64,000 nt of DNA. It comes from Negativicutes bacterium. Its GTDB lineage: Bacteria; Bacillota; Negativicutes; UBA1444. Shown here one piece after another: positions 38,234 to 48,473 of this stretch (its first letter is position 1; every line of letters begins with the position of its first letter). Under the pieces are notes generated by a model that was not told where the DNA came from, did not search any database, and saw nothing but the letters and a program-made list of their open reading frames with translations. The DNA is taken from assembly GCA_963665275.2 (NCBI GenBank), contig CAXXIN010000001.1, positions 64,001-128,000 of the forward strand, written 5' to 3'. The translations under genes were made by a program, and so were the position numbers.

Positions 38234-38887
38234 TTGAGAGGAATCTTTATCACGCTGGAAGGTCCCGATGGGTCAGGAAAAACAACTCAGATCAATCTGC
38301 TGCGGGCGCTATTTGAACGGGAGGGTTTTGCGGTGGTGCAGACCCGCGAACCGGGCGGGACTCCGATTGCCGACCGGATTCGGGCACTGATTCTCGATCC
38401 GTCGCACGGCGAGATGACGGCGCGGACGGAAGCGCTCTTATATATGGCGGCGCGGGCGCAGCACACGGCAGAACTCATCAGGCCAGAGCTGGAACGGGGC
38501 GCAGTGGTGATTTCTGATCGTTATGCCGACTCAACACTGGTCTATCAAGGGGTTGCCCGAGGGCTGCCGGTAGATGACCTCCTTTGGCTGAACCGTTTTG
38601 CCACTGAGGAATTGGGCCCGGATCTCACACTGTTACTCACTGGGAATACCGACCGGCTGGTGCAGCGATTAGCCAACCGTGGACAACAAGACCGGCTGGA
38701 TAGTGAGGGACTGCAGTTCCACAGGAAAGTGCGCGAAGGCTTTCTGGCGCTGGCGGCGCAAAATTCGCAGAGATTTCGCGTGATTGACGCTGACCGGTCG
38801 ATTGAAGCGGTTCAGGCTGATATTGAAGTCCACGTGATGGAGTATCTGCAGAAAAGAGGGCGGCAGCATGGCAATGCGAATCGATAA
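38234..38887 (+). CDS. tmk: Thymidylate kinase
   Basis: FITLEGPDGSGKTTQ, TREPGG and SDRY motifs. Confidence 0.96.
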   Translation: MRGIFITLEGPDGSGKTTQINLLRALFEREGFAVVQTREPGGTPIADRIRALILDPSHGEMTARTEALLYMAARAQHTAELIRPELERGAVVISDRYADSTLVYQGVARGLPVDDLLWLNRFATEELGPDLTLLLTGNTDRLVQRLANRGQQDRLDSEGLQFHRKVREGFLALAAQNSQRFRVIDADRSIEAVQADIEVHVMEYLQKRGRQHGNANR

Positions 38888-39320
38888 GAGTCAGAGCCGG
38901 ACTCCGGCGACGGCGCCTGAAACAGAGAATCGCCAACGGGTTGAATCGTCGCAGCATGGATTTTCCGTTGACTTGTCGAAAGAGTCGGATCAACAGGTGC
39001 GCCAGCATCTGGAAGAATTGCTGGGCAAAATTCAGCAGCAGGGGAAACGACTGGGAGAAACGCCGACGTTCAGTGAATTGAAGTCTTATCGCGAACTGGT
39101 GAAAAAATTCATGTCCGAAGCGGTTGGAAAAATGTATGATGTTGAATCCGGGGCTGGCTGGGATCGGCGGGGACGCCAGAAAGCCTATACGCTGGTCAAA
39201 ACCGTTGACGCGACGCTGGAATCGCTGACGGAAGATGTCCGTCATGGGCAGGAGCGACAGCTCACCATCCTCGCAAAGATGGATTCCATCCGGGGAATGT
39301 TGGTGGATATGTATACATGA
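38868..39320 (+). CDS. yaaR: YaaR/DUF327 family protein
   Basis: QGKRL...YRELVKKFM...IRGMLVDMY; synteny between tmk and holB. Confidence 0.85.
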   Translation: MAMRIDKSQSRTPATAPETENRQRVESSQHGFSVDLSKESDQQVRQHLEELLGKIQQQGKRLGETPTFSELKSYRELVKKFMSEAVGKMYDVESGAGWDRRGRQKAYTLVKTVDATLESLTEDVRHGQERQLTILAKMDSIRGMLVDMYT

Positions 39321-40237
39321 GTAATGCAAAGCGCCCTGCCGTGTGGGAAGAAATACTCGGCCATCCGGCGGCTGTTAAGCGGCTTCGCCGAATGCTCCAA
39401 ACTGACCGACTGCCCCATGCCCTGCTTTTTGCCGGACCGTCCGGAATTGGAAAACGTATCGTGGCTGATATCTTTGCTGCCGAGATATTGAAAACAGAAC
39501 CCTCGTTGCTGGAAGCCCATCCGGATTTTTTTTCGGTAACACCTGACGGTGCGCAGATCAAGATCGGGCAAATCCGTGAAATCCAGCGACTGGTGGGATT
39601 GGCTCCGGTCAGGGGCGCGAATCGCATCTGCATTATTGAACCGGCAGACTGTATGGAGCCGCCGGCAGCCAACAGCTTGCTGAAAATTCTGGAGGAACCG
39701 CCGGAGGGTCTGGTTTTTATCCTGATTACGGCCTTTCCCCACGCTCTGCTTTCCACGCTGCGTTCGCGTTCAGCCATGGTCCGGTTCATCCAGCCTGCCC
39801 AAGGGATATTGGTGAGGGAGGAACTGGAGACGGAAGCGGCTGATCAGGATCTGGCCATCGAATTCCTGCGAAATGTCGAACGCCCTGACCTGGAGTGGCT
39901 TTGGCCCACCTTGGCCGGCATGGATGAGATGGAAAATAGCCGGATTCTTGGTATAATCAAACAATGGATTCGGGTGTTGCGGGATGTAGGGGTGCTATTG
40001 ACTGGTTGTACCGCCGTGGAAGCCTTTAACGAGGAACGACGGGAGGAGCTGCGGTCATTGACCGGGAACTGGAACATGCCCGGTATCATAGCTGCCATCC
40101 GGCTCGCGGAAGATACCCGGAGATACTTGCAAAGAAACGCCAATGCACGGCTGATGTTGGAGGCCCTGCTGATTCGGTCAGCAGATTTATATAGAGGAGG
40201 AAATATTGATGCAAACCATCGTGGGAGTTCGGTTTAA
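39317..40237 (+). CDS. holB: DNA polymerase III delta' subunit
   Basis: HALLFAGP.G.GK, HPD, AANSLLKILEEPP and TLRSR motifs. Confidence 0.9.
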   Translation: MSNAKRPAVWEEILGHPAAVKRLRRMLQTDRLPHALLFAGPSGIGKRIVADIFAAEILKTEPSLLEAHPDFFSVTPDGAQIKIGQIREIQRLVGLAPVRGANRICIIEPADCMEPPAANSLLKILEEPPEGLVFILITAFPHALLSTLRSRSAMVRFIQPAQGILVREELETEAADQDLAIEFLRNVERPDLEWLWPTLAGMDEMENSRILGIIKQWIRVLRDVGVLLTGCTAVEAFNEERREELRSLTGNWNMPGIIAAIRLAEDTRRYLQRNANARLMLEALLIRSADLYRGGNIDANHRGSSV

Positions 40238-41036
40238 GAAAGCCGGCAAGATATACTATTTTGATCCGGGTACCCTGGGCCTTCAAAAAGAGGACCCGGT
40301 GATTGTTGAAACGGCCAGAGGGCTCGAGTATGGCAATGTAGTCATTGCACAGCGCCAGATGGAGGATGCGGACGTTGTGACGCCGCTGAAACCCGTACTG
40401 CGCAAGGCAACCGAGAAGGACACCGCCAAAGTGGCTGAAAACGAAGCCAAAGAGGCGGAAGCGCTGCGCATCTGCGCCCAAAAAATCACGGCGCATAAAC
40501 TGGACATGAACCTGGTCAGCGTTGAATACACGTTCGATGTGTCCAAAATCATTTTTTATTTTACGGCTGAAGGACGCGTCGATTTTCGCGATCTGGTGAA
40601 GGATTTGGCCGGTATTTTCCGGACCCGCATCGAATTGCGACAGATCGGAGTTCGCGATGAAGCCAAAATGCTCGGTGGTATCGGTTGCTGCGGGCGCAGT
40701 CTCTGCTGCTCGACTTTTCTCGGTGATTTCGAGCCGGTTTCGATCCGCATGGCCAAGGAACAAAACCTGTCGCTGAACCCTGCGAAAATATCAGGAATCT
40801 GCGGACGCCTGATGTGTTGTCTGAAATATGAAAGCAACCTTTATGCGGGGGGGTCTGGCTGCCGCAAACAAGCTGCGCCCAAACCGGGCGCCCGCGTCAT
40901 TGCCCCCGATGGGGAAGGCAATGTCGTAGCCGTTGATGCCAGCCACAAAACCGTTTCTGTGAAACATAACGACGGCAGAGTTTCCAAGCTCCCGCTGAGT
41001 GAAGTGGCGGAAAAAGACGATGCCGGCACTCCCTGA
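40206..41036 (+). CDS. yaaT: PSP1-domain stage 0 sporulation family protein YaaT/RicT
   Basis: GVRFKKAGKIYYF, RVDFRDLV, RIELRQIGVRDEA and KISGICGRLMCCLKYE motifs. Confidence 0.93.
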   Translation: MMQTIVGVRFKKAGKIYYFDPGTLGLQKEDPVIVETARGLEYGNVVIAQRQMEDADVVTPLKPVLRKATEKDTAKVAENEAKEAEALRICAQKITAHKLDMNLVSVEYTFDVSKIIFYFTAEGRVDFRDLVKDLAGIFRTRIELRQIGVRDEAKMLGGIGCCGRSLCCSTFLGDFEPVSIRMAKEQNLSLNPAKISGICGRLMCCLKYESNLYAGGSGCRKQAAPKPGARVIAPDGEGNVVAVDASHKTVSVKHNDGRVSKLPLSEVAEKDDAGTP

Positions 41037-41760
41037 GCTTCAGCCAGGAGAACGTCTTGACGAAGTCGGGATCCGGGGGTGGCGTATCCTCCAACGAACC
41101 GATGAATTTCGGTTTTCGATCGATGCCGTGTTGCTCGCGCACTTTGCTACGGTGCGCAAGGCTGCGAAAGCAGCGGATTTGGGAGCAGGCACCGGCGCCG
41201 TGGGAATGTTTCTGTTGTCGCGCGGGGCGGCTTCCGTATCCGGTCTGGAGCTGAATCCCCGTCTGGCGAACTTGGCGGGAAGGACGGCGGTACTGAATGG
41301 AATAGCCGACAGGATGGAAATCCGCTGCGGCGATGTCACCCAAGTAGGCGCTTATTATGCTGCCGGCGCCTTTGACCTGGTGGCCGCTAATCCTCCATAC
41401 CGCGTGCCTTCTGCAGGCAGGATCAGCCCGTTGACAGGCGTGGCGATGGCGCGTCACGAAACCGCGGCCGGGCTGCGCGATTTCGTGCAAGCCGCCGCAT
41501 TCCTGCTGCGGAACCGCGGTCGTTTGGCCATGATCCATCTGCCGGAACGACTGACCGATCTATGCATTGAAATGCGGAACGCTGGGTTGGAGCCCAAACG
41601 GCTGCGTTTCGTTCACCCCTTTAGTAACAGTATTCCCCGGATGGTGTTGATCGAGTCTGTGAAGGGAGCTGCTCCCGCCGGGCTGACGGTACTGCCGCCG
41701 TTGGTGATATATCAGGCGCGCCAGGTATACCACCCGGAAGTCCTGGCCTATTATCAGTAA
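41020..41760 (+). CDS. yabB: tRNA1(Val) adenine-N6 methyltransferase family (YabB)
   Basis: FSIDAVLLAHF, DLGAGTG, NPPY and ARHE motifs; synteny. Confidence 0.88.
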   Translation: MPALPELQPGERLDEVGIRGWRILQRTDEFRFSIDAVLLAHFATVRKAAKAADLGAGTGAVGMFLLSRGAASVSGLELNPRLANLAGRTAVLNGIADRMEIRCGDVTQVGAYYAAGAFDLVAANPPYRVPSAGRISPLTGVAMARHETAAGLRDFVQAAAFLLRNRGRLAMIHLPERLTDLCIEMRNAGLEPKRLRFVHPFSNSIPRMVLIESVKGAAPAGLTVLPPLVIYQARQVYHPEVLAYYQ

Positions 41761-41786
41761 TTAGCGCAAAGAAGAGGGGAACTCTA

Positions 41787-42644
41787 TTGTCTAACGGAAC
41801 CGGAACTTTATATTTATGCGCCACGCCGATAGGAAATTTGGGCGACATGACCTTCCGGGCCGTGGAGATTCTGAAAAAAGTCTCGCTGATTGCTGCGGAA
41901 GATACTAGGCACACGCGTAAGTTAATGAGTCATTTTGACTTGCACGTTCCCTTGACCAGCTATCATGAGCACAACAAAAAAACCAAAGGGCCCGAGCTGG
42001 TGGCCAAATTGCTGGCAGGGCAGGATATTGCTCTCGTTAGTGACGCCGGCTTGCCCGGGATTTCCGATCCAGGGGAGGATTTGACCCGACTGGCTATCGA
42101 GGCAGGCATTACGGTGACGCCGATTCCCGGCGCCTGTGCGGCGCTCACAGCCTTGATGGCCTCGGGACTGCCGACAGGCGGATTCCTGTTCGCAGGCTTT
42201 CTGCCCAAGGCTTCCGCCGAGCGGCGCAGCCGTCTCCATGCCTTGCGTAATTATACGGAAACATTGCTGTTTTATGAGTCGCCTTATCAATTGCTCAAGA
42301 CCTTGGCTGATTTGCAGACCGTCCTGGGTGACCGGTCCGCAGTCATCGGACGCGAGCTGACCAAAATCCATGAAGAATTCCTCCGGGCGCCGCTTTCGGA
42401 GTTGGCCGCAGCCTTTCGGCAGCAGACCCCGCGCGGTGAGTTCGTGGTTCTTGTTTCGGGTCGACAAGAGAATGAAGAATTGCCGGAAAACTTGAAAGTC
42501 GAGATAACAGATGCCACGATCCGACAAGAAGTGGAACGGCGAATTGCAGCGGGTGAAAACAAAAAAGACGCCATCCGCATGACAGCGTCCCAATGGGGTT
42601 TATCTCGCCGCCGGGTGTACCAGCTGGCGTTGGATTCGGGCTAA
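41787..42644 (+). CDS. rsmI: 16S rRNA C1402 2'-O-methyltransferase
   Basis: LYLCATPIGNLGD, AAEDTR, VSDAG.P.ISDPG and RELTKIHEE motifs. Confidence 0.95.
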   Translation: MSNGTGTLYLCATPIGNLGDMTFRAVEILKKVSLIAAEDTRHTRKLMSHFDLHVPLTSYHEHNKKTKGPELVAKLLAGQDIALVSDAGLPGISDPGEDLTRLAIEAGITVTPIPGACAALTALMASGLPTGGFLFAGFLPKASAERRSRLHALRNYTETLLFYESPYQLLKTLADLQTVLGDRSAVIGRELTKIHEEFLRAPLSELAAAFRQQTPRGEFVVLVSGRQENEELPENLKVEITDATIRQEVERRIAAGENKKDAIRMTASQWGLSRRRVYQLALDSG

Positions 42645-42646
42645 TC

Positions 42647-42895
42647 TTACTTTTTGCTCATTTCTTTCAGACAGTCAGCACAGATGTTTTTGCCGCGAAA
42701 CTGAGTCACATTGTCTGCGTTGCCGCAGAACACGCAGGCGCATGTTGGTTCATACTTTTTGAGGATAATCCGGTCGTTATCCACGTAAATTTCCAATGCG
42801 TCTTTTTCATTGATACTCAAAGTGCGGCGGAGTTCGATAGGAATCACAACACGCCCCAACTCATCAACCTTGCGAACAATTCCCGTTGATTTCAT
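42647..42895 (-). CDS. abrB: Transition-state regulator AbrB
   Basis: MKSTGIVRKVDELGRVVIPIELRRTL. Confidence 0.96.
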   Translation of the reverse strand: MKSTGIVRKVDELGRVVIPIELRRTLSINEKDALEIYVDNDRIILKKYEPTCACVFCGNADNVTQFRGKNICADCLKEMSKK

Positions 42896-43059
42896 TATAT
42901 CGTTTCCCCCCCTTTTTATGATATGAACACTTGGTGCTCATATCCAAAATAACACAAAAGAAGGGTAAAAGTCAACCTGTTATTTCCAATTGAAGCGTAG
43001 AACCCCAATAAAAAGCGTTTGAATGTCCATTTGAAAAGGACAAAAACAGGAGGTACAAA

Positions 43060-45015
43060 GTGAACAAAAAACCTTTTTTCATCAGCACTCCCATCTATTA
43101 TCCGAGTGATCGCCTGCACATCGGTCATGCTTATTGTACGACCATTGCGGACGCCGTAGCCCGATTTCAGCGATTGGCCGGGCGGGACGTTTTTTTTCTG
43201 ACAGGTTCGGATGAACATGGCCAAAAAATTCAGCGCAAAGCAGCAGAAAACGGTCAGAGTCCCATCCAATACGTGGATCATATCGTGGCTTCCTTCCAGA
43301 TGCTATGGAAAAAACTCGGCATCAGCAATGACGATTTCATTCGGACTACCGAGAAACGTCATCATGAAGTCGTACAAAATATATTTCAAAAAATATATGA
43401 TCAGGGCGACATTTACAAAGCTGCTTACGAAGGCTGGTACTGCACTCCCTGCGAAACTTTCTGGCTGGAGCGCCAGCTGACGGATGGCAATTGCCCAGAT
43501 TGCGGCCGGCCGGTGGAGAGGGTACAGGAAGAAAGCTACTTCTTCCGCATGGGCAAATATCAGGACCGTCTGCTGCAGCACATCGAAGCGCATCCTGAGT
43601 TCATCCAACCGGTGTCCCGCCGCAACGAAATGATCAACTTCATCAAGCAGGGACTGGAAGACCTGTGCGTATCCAGGACCACCTTCGACTGGGGAATCCA
43701 GGTTCCCTTCGACAGCAAGCATGTGGTTTACGTCTGGTTCGACGCACTTACCAACTACATTACCGCGGCTGGATATCTGCATGACAAAGAAAAATTCGCC
43801 AAGTACTGGCCGGCTGACATCCATCTGGTCGGCAAAGAAATCGTGCGTTTTCATAGTATCATCTGGCCGATCATTCTCATGGCACTGGGCATCGAGCTGC
43901 CGAAAAAAGTCTACGGTCATGGCTGGCTGGTCGTCGAAGGCGACAAGATGTCAAAGTCCAAAGGGAACGTCGTCGACCCGGTACAGCTCATCGAAGAATT
44001 CGGCGCCGACGCGATTCGCTATTTTCTGTTGCGGGAAATCAATCTGGGACAAGACGGCAATTTTTCACGCGAGGCCCTGATCAAACGGATCAATTCGGAC
44101 CTGGCGAATGACCTCGGCAATTTGCTGCATAGAACCTTGAACATGATGCAGCGCTACAACGGAGGCGTTCTCGGCGCCACGGAAGCTCCACTTCCTGTCG
44201 ACTCCGGCCTTTTGGATCTCGCCCGGCTGGCGACGCCTCGTTACAGAGACATGATGGAAGCGATGGACATCAACGGCGCAATCAAGGAAATTTGGCTGCT
44301 TATCGGGCGGGCCAACAAATATATTGACGAAACAGAACCTTGGATTCTGGCCAAGGATCCAGCCAAAGCAGCCCGATTGAATACGGTGCTTTATCATTTG
44401 CTGGAAGTCCTCGCCATCGTGTCCGTGCTTGTCGAACCTTTCATTCCAGTGACTTCCGGCCGCATCCGCAGCCAGCTGGGTCTGCCGGTGGAAGTCTTGC
44501 CGGGGGCTTTGGAAAATCTCGGTGTGTTTGGAACGCACGGCTTGATCAAACCCGGACACCAGACCGGCAAGCCGGAGCCGATTTTCCCGCGCATCGAAGA
44601 AAAGACGGAAGAGGAAGCTGTGGTGGAAAAAGTGGAAGTTGTAAAAGCAAAAACTGAATTGGTGAAAGCCGCGCCGGTCGAGACTCCCAGCGAAATTTCC
44701 ATCGACGACTTTGCGAAACTTGACTTGCGGACTGCGATCGTCACAGCAGCAGAAAAAGTCGAAAAAACGGAAAAACTACTCAAGCTGACCATCGACATGG
44801 GCGCCGAACAGCGGACGATCATCTCCGGCATCGCCCAGCACTATACTCCTGAAGAAATGGTCGGCCGGACCGTCATCGTGATTGCCAACCTGAAGCCCGC
44901 CAAAATCCGCGGGATTGAATCTCACGGCATGTTGCTGGCGGCTTCCGACACTGATCGCACGATGCTTTCCCTGGTCACTGCACCTAGCCTTCCGGCCGGT
45001 TGCAAGGTGAAGTAA
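43060..45015 (+). CDS. metG: Methionine--tRNA ligase
   Basis: HIGH, KMSKS, YVWFDAL and a C-terminal tRNA-binding domain. Confidence 0.97.
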   Translation: MNKKPFFISTPIYYPSDRLHIGHAYCTTIADAVARFQRLAGRDVFFLTGSDEHGQKIQRKAAENGQSPIQYVDHIVASFQMLWKKLGISNDDFIRTTEKRHHEVVQNIFQKIYDQGDIYKAAYEGWYCTPCETFWLERQLTDGNCPDCGRPVERVQEESYFFRMGKYQDRLLQHIEAHPEFIQPVSRRNEMINFIKQGLEDLCVSRTTFDWGIQVPFDSKHVVYVWFDALTNYITAAGYLHDKEKFAKYWPADIHLVGKEIVRFHSIIWPIILMALGIELPKKVYGHGWLVVEGDKMSKSKGNVVDPVQLIEEFGADAIRYFLLREINLGQDGNFSREALIKRINSDLANDLGNLLHRTLNMMQRYNGGVLGATEAPLPVDSGLLDLARLATPRYRDMMEAMDINGAIKEIWLLIGRANKYIDETEPWILAKDPAKAARLNTVLYHLLEVLAIVSVLVEPFIPVTSGRIRSQLGLPVEVLPGALENLGVFGTHGLIKPGHQTGKPEPIFPRIEEKTEEEAVVEKVEVVKAKTELVKAAPVETPSEISIDDFAKLDLRTAIVTAAEKVEKTEKLLKLTIDMGAEQRTIISGIAQHYTPEEMVGRTVIVIANLKPAKIRGIESHGMLLAASDTDRTMLSLVTAPSLPAGCKVK

Positions 45016-45016
45016 C

Positions 45017-45781
45017 ATGCTCGTTGATTCGCATGCCCATATTGATGACGCGCGCTTCGACACGGACAGATCGGAAGTGGTTGCCCGGGCGGCGTCAGCT
45101 GGTGTGGCACTGATCATCAATGTTGGCGCCGACATGGCATCTTCCGCCCGATCGGTGGCGTTGGCCGGACAATATCCAGGGATCTACGCGGCGGTGGGCA
45201 TGCATCCTCATGACGCAAAAGACATGCAGGAAAGCGACTACGTGCAGTTGGAAAAGTGGACAACCCATCCCAAAGTTGTGGCAATCGGCGAGATCGGATT
45301 AGACTACCATTATGATTTGTCGCCCCGGCCGATCCAAAAAGAAGTGTTTTTGCGCCAACTTGATTTAGCACGGAAAACAGATAAGCCTTTTATCATCCAC
45401 GAACGGGAGGCGCATGCCGATACGTTGGATATCGTCCGCACGGCGGCCCGCGGCTTGCGCGGCGTTTTTCACTGCTTTTCCGGAAGCGTGGAGACGGCCA
45501 GGGAGTTCTTGAAGATGGGATTTTACATTTCGTTGGCAGGGCCTGTGACTTTTTCCAATTCAGGTAAAACAAAGGAGGTAGCTAAGTTCGTACCGATTGA
45601 CAGGCTGCTGGTAGAGACGGATTCGCCGTATCTTACGCCGCATCCGCATCGGGGGCATCGGAATGAACCGGCTTATGTGCGGATCGTGGCCGCAGAGATC
45701 GCCACTCTGCGCAATCTCTCGCTTGAAGAACTGGCGGCTGCGACAACGGCTAACGTACGGCGCTTGTTCAATATTCCATAA
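45017..45781 (+). CDS. tatD: TatD family hydrolase
   Basis: DSHAH, GEIGLDY, HCFSGS and ETDSPYL motifs. Confidence 0.95.
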   Translation: MLVDSHAHIDDARFDTDRSEVVARAASAGVALIINVGADMASSARSVALAGQYPGIYAAVGMHPHDAKDMQESDYVQLEKWTTHPKVVAIGEIGLDYHYDLSPRPIQKEVFLRQLDLARKTDKPFIIHEREAHADTLDIVRTAARGLRGVFHCFSGSVETAREFLKMGFYISLAGPVTFSNSGKTKEVAKFVPIDRLLVETDSPYLTPHPHRGHRNEPAYVRIVAAEIATLRNLSLEELAAATTANVRRLFNIP

Positions 45782-45797
45782 AATGGATATTTCCCAT

Positions 45798-45827
45798 TTG
45801 ACAGGGAGAAAATTACTGTGCTATAAT
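45798..45827 (+). promoter_or_regulatory. Sigma-A promoter of yabE
   Basis: TTGACA-N18-TATAAT with extended -10 TG. Confidence 0.75.
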
Positions 45828-45858
45828 CCACTTTGTCCGAAAAAAGGAGGGGAGTCCT

Positions 45859-46854
45859 GTGAATCAAAGTCAAAACAACAGGCAGAACTACTTAAACGGC
45901 AGAGTTAAGACAGTCGCGGCAGTATTGCTTCTCACAGCGGCAGTATTAGTCAGTGGCTTCGTATGGGCGAACTCCAAAGTCGTCATCCTGGTGGATGGAA
46001 AAACCATGAATGTCAATGCATTAGCATTGGATCCAAAGGCGGTACTGTCAGAAGCCGGGGTATATCTGGGACCACAGGATGAATTTCGGGTAACGGCCAA
46101 TGATCCGGGAAAATCCAGTATTATCGAAGTTCTTCGTGCCATTCCGGTAACTTTGTCCAGCGGGGTGAAAGTCAGTGCCGTGTGGACAGGAAAATTCACG
46201 GTGGGAGAGGTGGCAGAGAGTCAAGGCTATAGTGCCAAGTCTTTCAAGACGGTTCCTGATGCAGCCACCCGTCCAACGCCGAACATGAATATCCGATTGT
46301 TGGTTCTGTCAGATAAAGTTGTGGAAAAAGAATTGCCCGTTCCTTTTCCAGTCGTTCAGCAACCTGATGCCAGGATGGAAAAAGGCATGGAGGTCGTGGA
46401 GGAATACGGCGCGCCAGGTAAAAAACTGGCAATGGTGCGGCAAATGTATGAAGGTGGCCAGGAAGCTGGATTCGACATTTTGAGCGAAAAAATCATTGAA
46501 GAACCCAAGCCGGAAGTGCTCCGTGTGGGAACCCGTGAGGCGAATGATCCAAGCCGGGGAACTATCCGCTTCAAGAAGATGCTGGTGATGGAAGCGTCGG
46601 CTTATACGCCGTTTGATGGTGGACAATCCGGCATTACCGCTTCCGGAATTCCAGCGCGGCGCGGCTTGATAGCCGTTGATCCGCGGGTGATCCCTCTGGG
46701 AACAAGGGTGTATGTAATGGGGTACGGCCCTGCGCTCGCGGCTGACACTGGGGGCGCTATCAGGGGGGCCAAGATCGATCTCTGCATGGAAGACTACAAT
46801 GAAGCAATGCGCTTCGGACGCCGCAATGTGGAAGTCTATATTCTGGCTGAATAA
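45859..46854 (+). CDS. yabE: YabE-like G5/3D domain cell-wall protein
   Basis: N-terminal TM helix, G5 region, 3D domain IAVDPRVIPLGT...AADTGGAIRGAKIDL. Confidence 0.88.
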   Translation: MNQSQNNRQNYLNGRVKTVAAVLLLTAAVLVSGFVWANSKVVILVDGKTMNVNALALDPKAVLSEAGVYLGPQDEFRVTANDPGKSSIIEVLRAIPVTLSSGVKVSAVWTGKFTVGEVAESQGYSAKSFKTVPDAATRPTPNMNIRLLVLSDKVVEKELPVPFPVVQQPDARMEKGMEVVEEYGAPGKKLAMVRQMYEGGQEAGFDILSEKIIEEPKPEVLRVGTREANDPSRGTIRFKKMLVMEASAYTPFDGGQSGITASGIPARRGLIAVDPRVIPLGTRVYVMGYGPALAADTGGAIRGAKIDLCMEDYNEAMRFGRRNVEVYILAE

Positions 46855-46878
46855 AAAGACGATAATTGGCGATCATTA

Positions 46879-46928
46879 AAGAAGAACCCCTGTTTGCTGA
46901 ACTTGCTCAGCAAACAGGGGTTCTTCTT
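46879..46928. terminator. Bidirectional terminator
   Basis: aagaagaacccctgtttgctga / tcagcaaacaggggttcttctt perfect stem. Confidence 0.85.
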
Positions 46929-46940
46929 GTTTGTGTTACC

Positions 46941-47600
46941 TTAATGCGGATCTGCTACCACTTTATATGAGACATCAGGGCCATCATATACTGGCTCGTA
47001 ATAGTTGGTCCCGTCGTAAATATAGGTGGTCTCATGGATGATTACCGTTTCACTATTGTCCGGTTCATCGGCGATGATTGCTCCGATAACCATACCGCCG
47101 ATGAAGGCTCCGGCGCCACCATAATAACCTCCGTAATAACCGCCACCATAATAACCGCCGCCGGGAACTCCATAATTATGATCCACGTTACGGTTCACGT
47201 TTCGGTTTACATCACGGTTTCGGTTTACGTCACGGTCTCGGTTCGCATCGCGATCCCGGTTCATATCGCGATCCCGGTTTGCAGTTTGGTCCCGATTCGC
47301 ACCGCGGTCACGATTCGCAGCCTGATCCCGGTTTCCACCTCTGTCAGCTTGCTGCCGTTGCGCCTGTTGGTTCGAAGGTTTTACCTGACGGTCTGCTGGA
47401 CGTTGCGCTGGTCGGTCTGCAGGGCGGCTCTGAACCTGCCTGCTGCCGCCACCGCCGCCTCGCGAACCACCGCCGCCACCACCTCGGGATCCACCACCGC
47501 CTCCTCCTCGGGCGGCTTCTACGATCGGCAAACTCGTTGCCAACAGCATAGCTGCAATGACCAGCCCTGCCATGATATTGCGAGATTTCAATTGAAGCAT
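46941..47600 (-). CDS. Exported Gly/Arg-rich low-complexity protein with small C-terminal domain
   Basis: Signal peptide; GGGGSR repeats; (A/V/M)NRDRD hexapeptide repeats; GGYY repeats; AAGGAGAG RBS. Confidence 0.8.
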   Translation of the reverse strand: MLQLKSRNIMAGLVIAAMLLATSLPIVEAARGGGGGGSRGGGGGGSRGGGGGSRQVQSRPADRPAQRPADRQVKPSNQQAQRQQADRGGNRDQAANRDRGANRDQTANRDRDMNRDRDANRDRDVNRNRDVNRNVNRNVDHNYGVPGGGYYGGGYYGGYYGGAGAFIGGMVIGAIIADEPDNSETVIIHETTYIYDGTNYYEPVYDGPDVSYKVVADPH

Positions 47601-47619
47601 ATTCGCTCTCTCCTTCCTG

Positions 47620-48432
47620 TTACTTTGCTGCTGAAACCGGCTGAGTGGAAGGTTTCAGGAACTCAATCTTTTTCATGCCCGCTTTGGGAACAAATTCGGT
47701 CCAGCCCTCAGGCAACACCGGCGCCAGGTTCCAGTCTGTGATTTCGGCAGTCCAGCTGGGCATCGCCGGATTGCTCTTAAGAGTCACAGTGAATTTGCGC
47801 AGGAAGGGTTTGTCCCCTTCTTCGATCCAAAGCTGGTAGGAAAGATCTTTCTTCGCGAATGCCACATGGTGGCAGGAAATGTCTCCAACGCTTGACAGAC
47901 CTACGTACGCGGATTTGACCACATCCTTGAGCAGGTTGTCGCCGAAGTTGCTGCGGCCCACATCCAGAAGCGCCAACATCAGTTTGTGTTCTTTCGCCTT
48001 GTCCAGCATCTCATCGATGCTCAGGGTGGACGGGGATTCGATCACTGCATACATCGCTTTATCCGCATCATAGATGGTGAGGGTTTTCCCATTGAACAGA
48101 ATTTGTTTGTTCTGTTCGTCGCCGTCGAGGTTGAGTTGGAAAGAACCCGGCCGTTTCACGTAATAGTCGAAATCAAAGGAGTACAGGATCTTGTTATTAT
48201 CCGGAAAAATCTTGTCGTAATCGACTTGGCCGGCGACATAAAACTGCGGCAGGGCTTTCATGAAGGTGGTCATGGAATGAACGAGCGCTTCCGGACTGGT
48301 TGCCGATTCACCTTGTATGGAAAACTTGAAGGGCTTAGGGGTGGCTTCCTGATCCGGCGCCGCCGATACTGTCTGAGCCATCAGACAGAAGAGGGCGAAG
48401 AAGAGCAGGCTGACGATGATTTTGTGTCTCAT
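47620..48432 (-). CDS. DUF2092-like periplasmic protein
   Basis: Signal peptide; VKRP..F, FNGKTLTIYD, CHHVAF, QLWIEEGDKP and WNLAP motifs. Confidence 0.75.
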   Translation of the reverse strand: MRHKIIVSLLFFALFCLMAQTVSAAPDQEATPKPFKFSIQGESATSPEALVHSMTTFMKALPQFYVAGQVDYDKIFPDNNKILYSFDFDYYVKRPGSFQLNLDGDEQNKQILFNGKTLTIYDADKAMYAVIESPSTLSIDEMLDKAKEHKLMLALLDVGRSNFGDNLLKDVVKSAYVGLSSVGDISCHHVAFAKKDLSYQLWIEEGDKPFLRKFTVTLKSNPAMPSWTAEITDWNLAPVLPEGWTEFVPKAGMKKIEFLKPSTQPVSAAK

Positions 48433-48473
48433 GGGAAACCTCCTTGCAATTCTATTTTTCTCTATTGAGTTGA

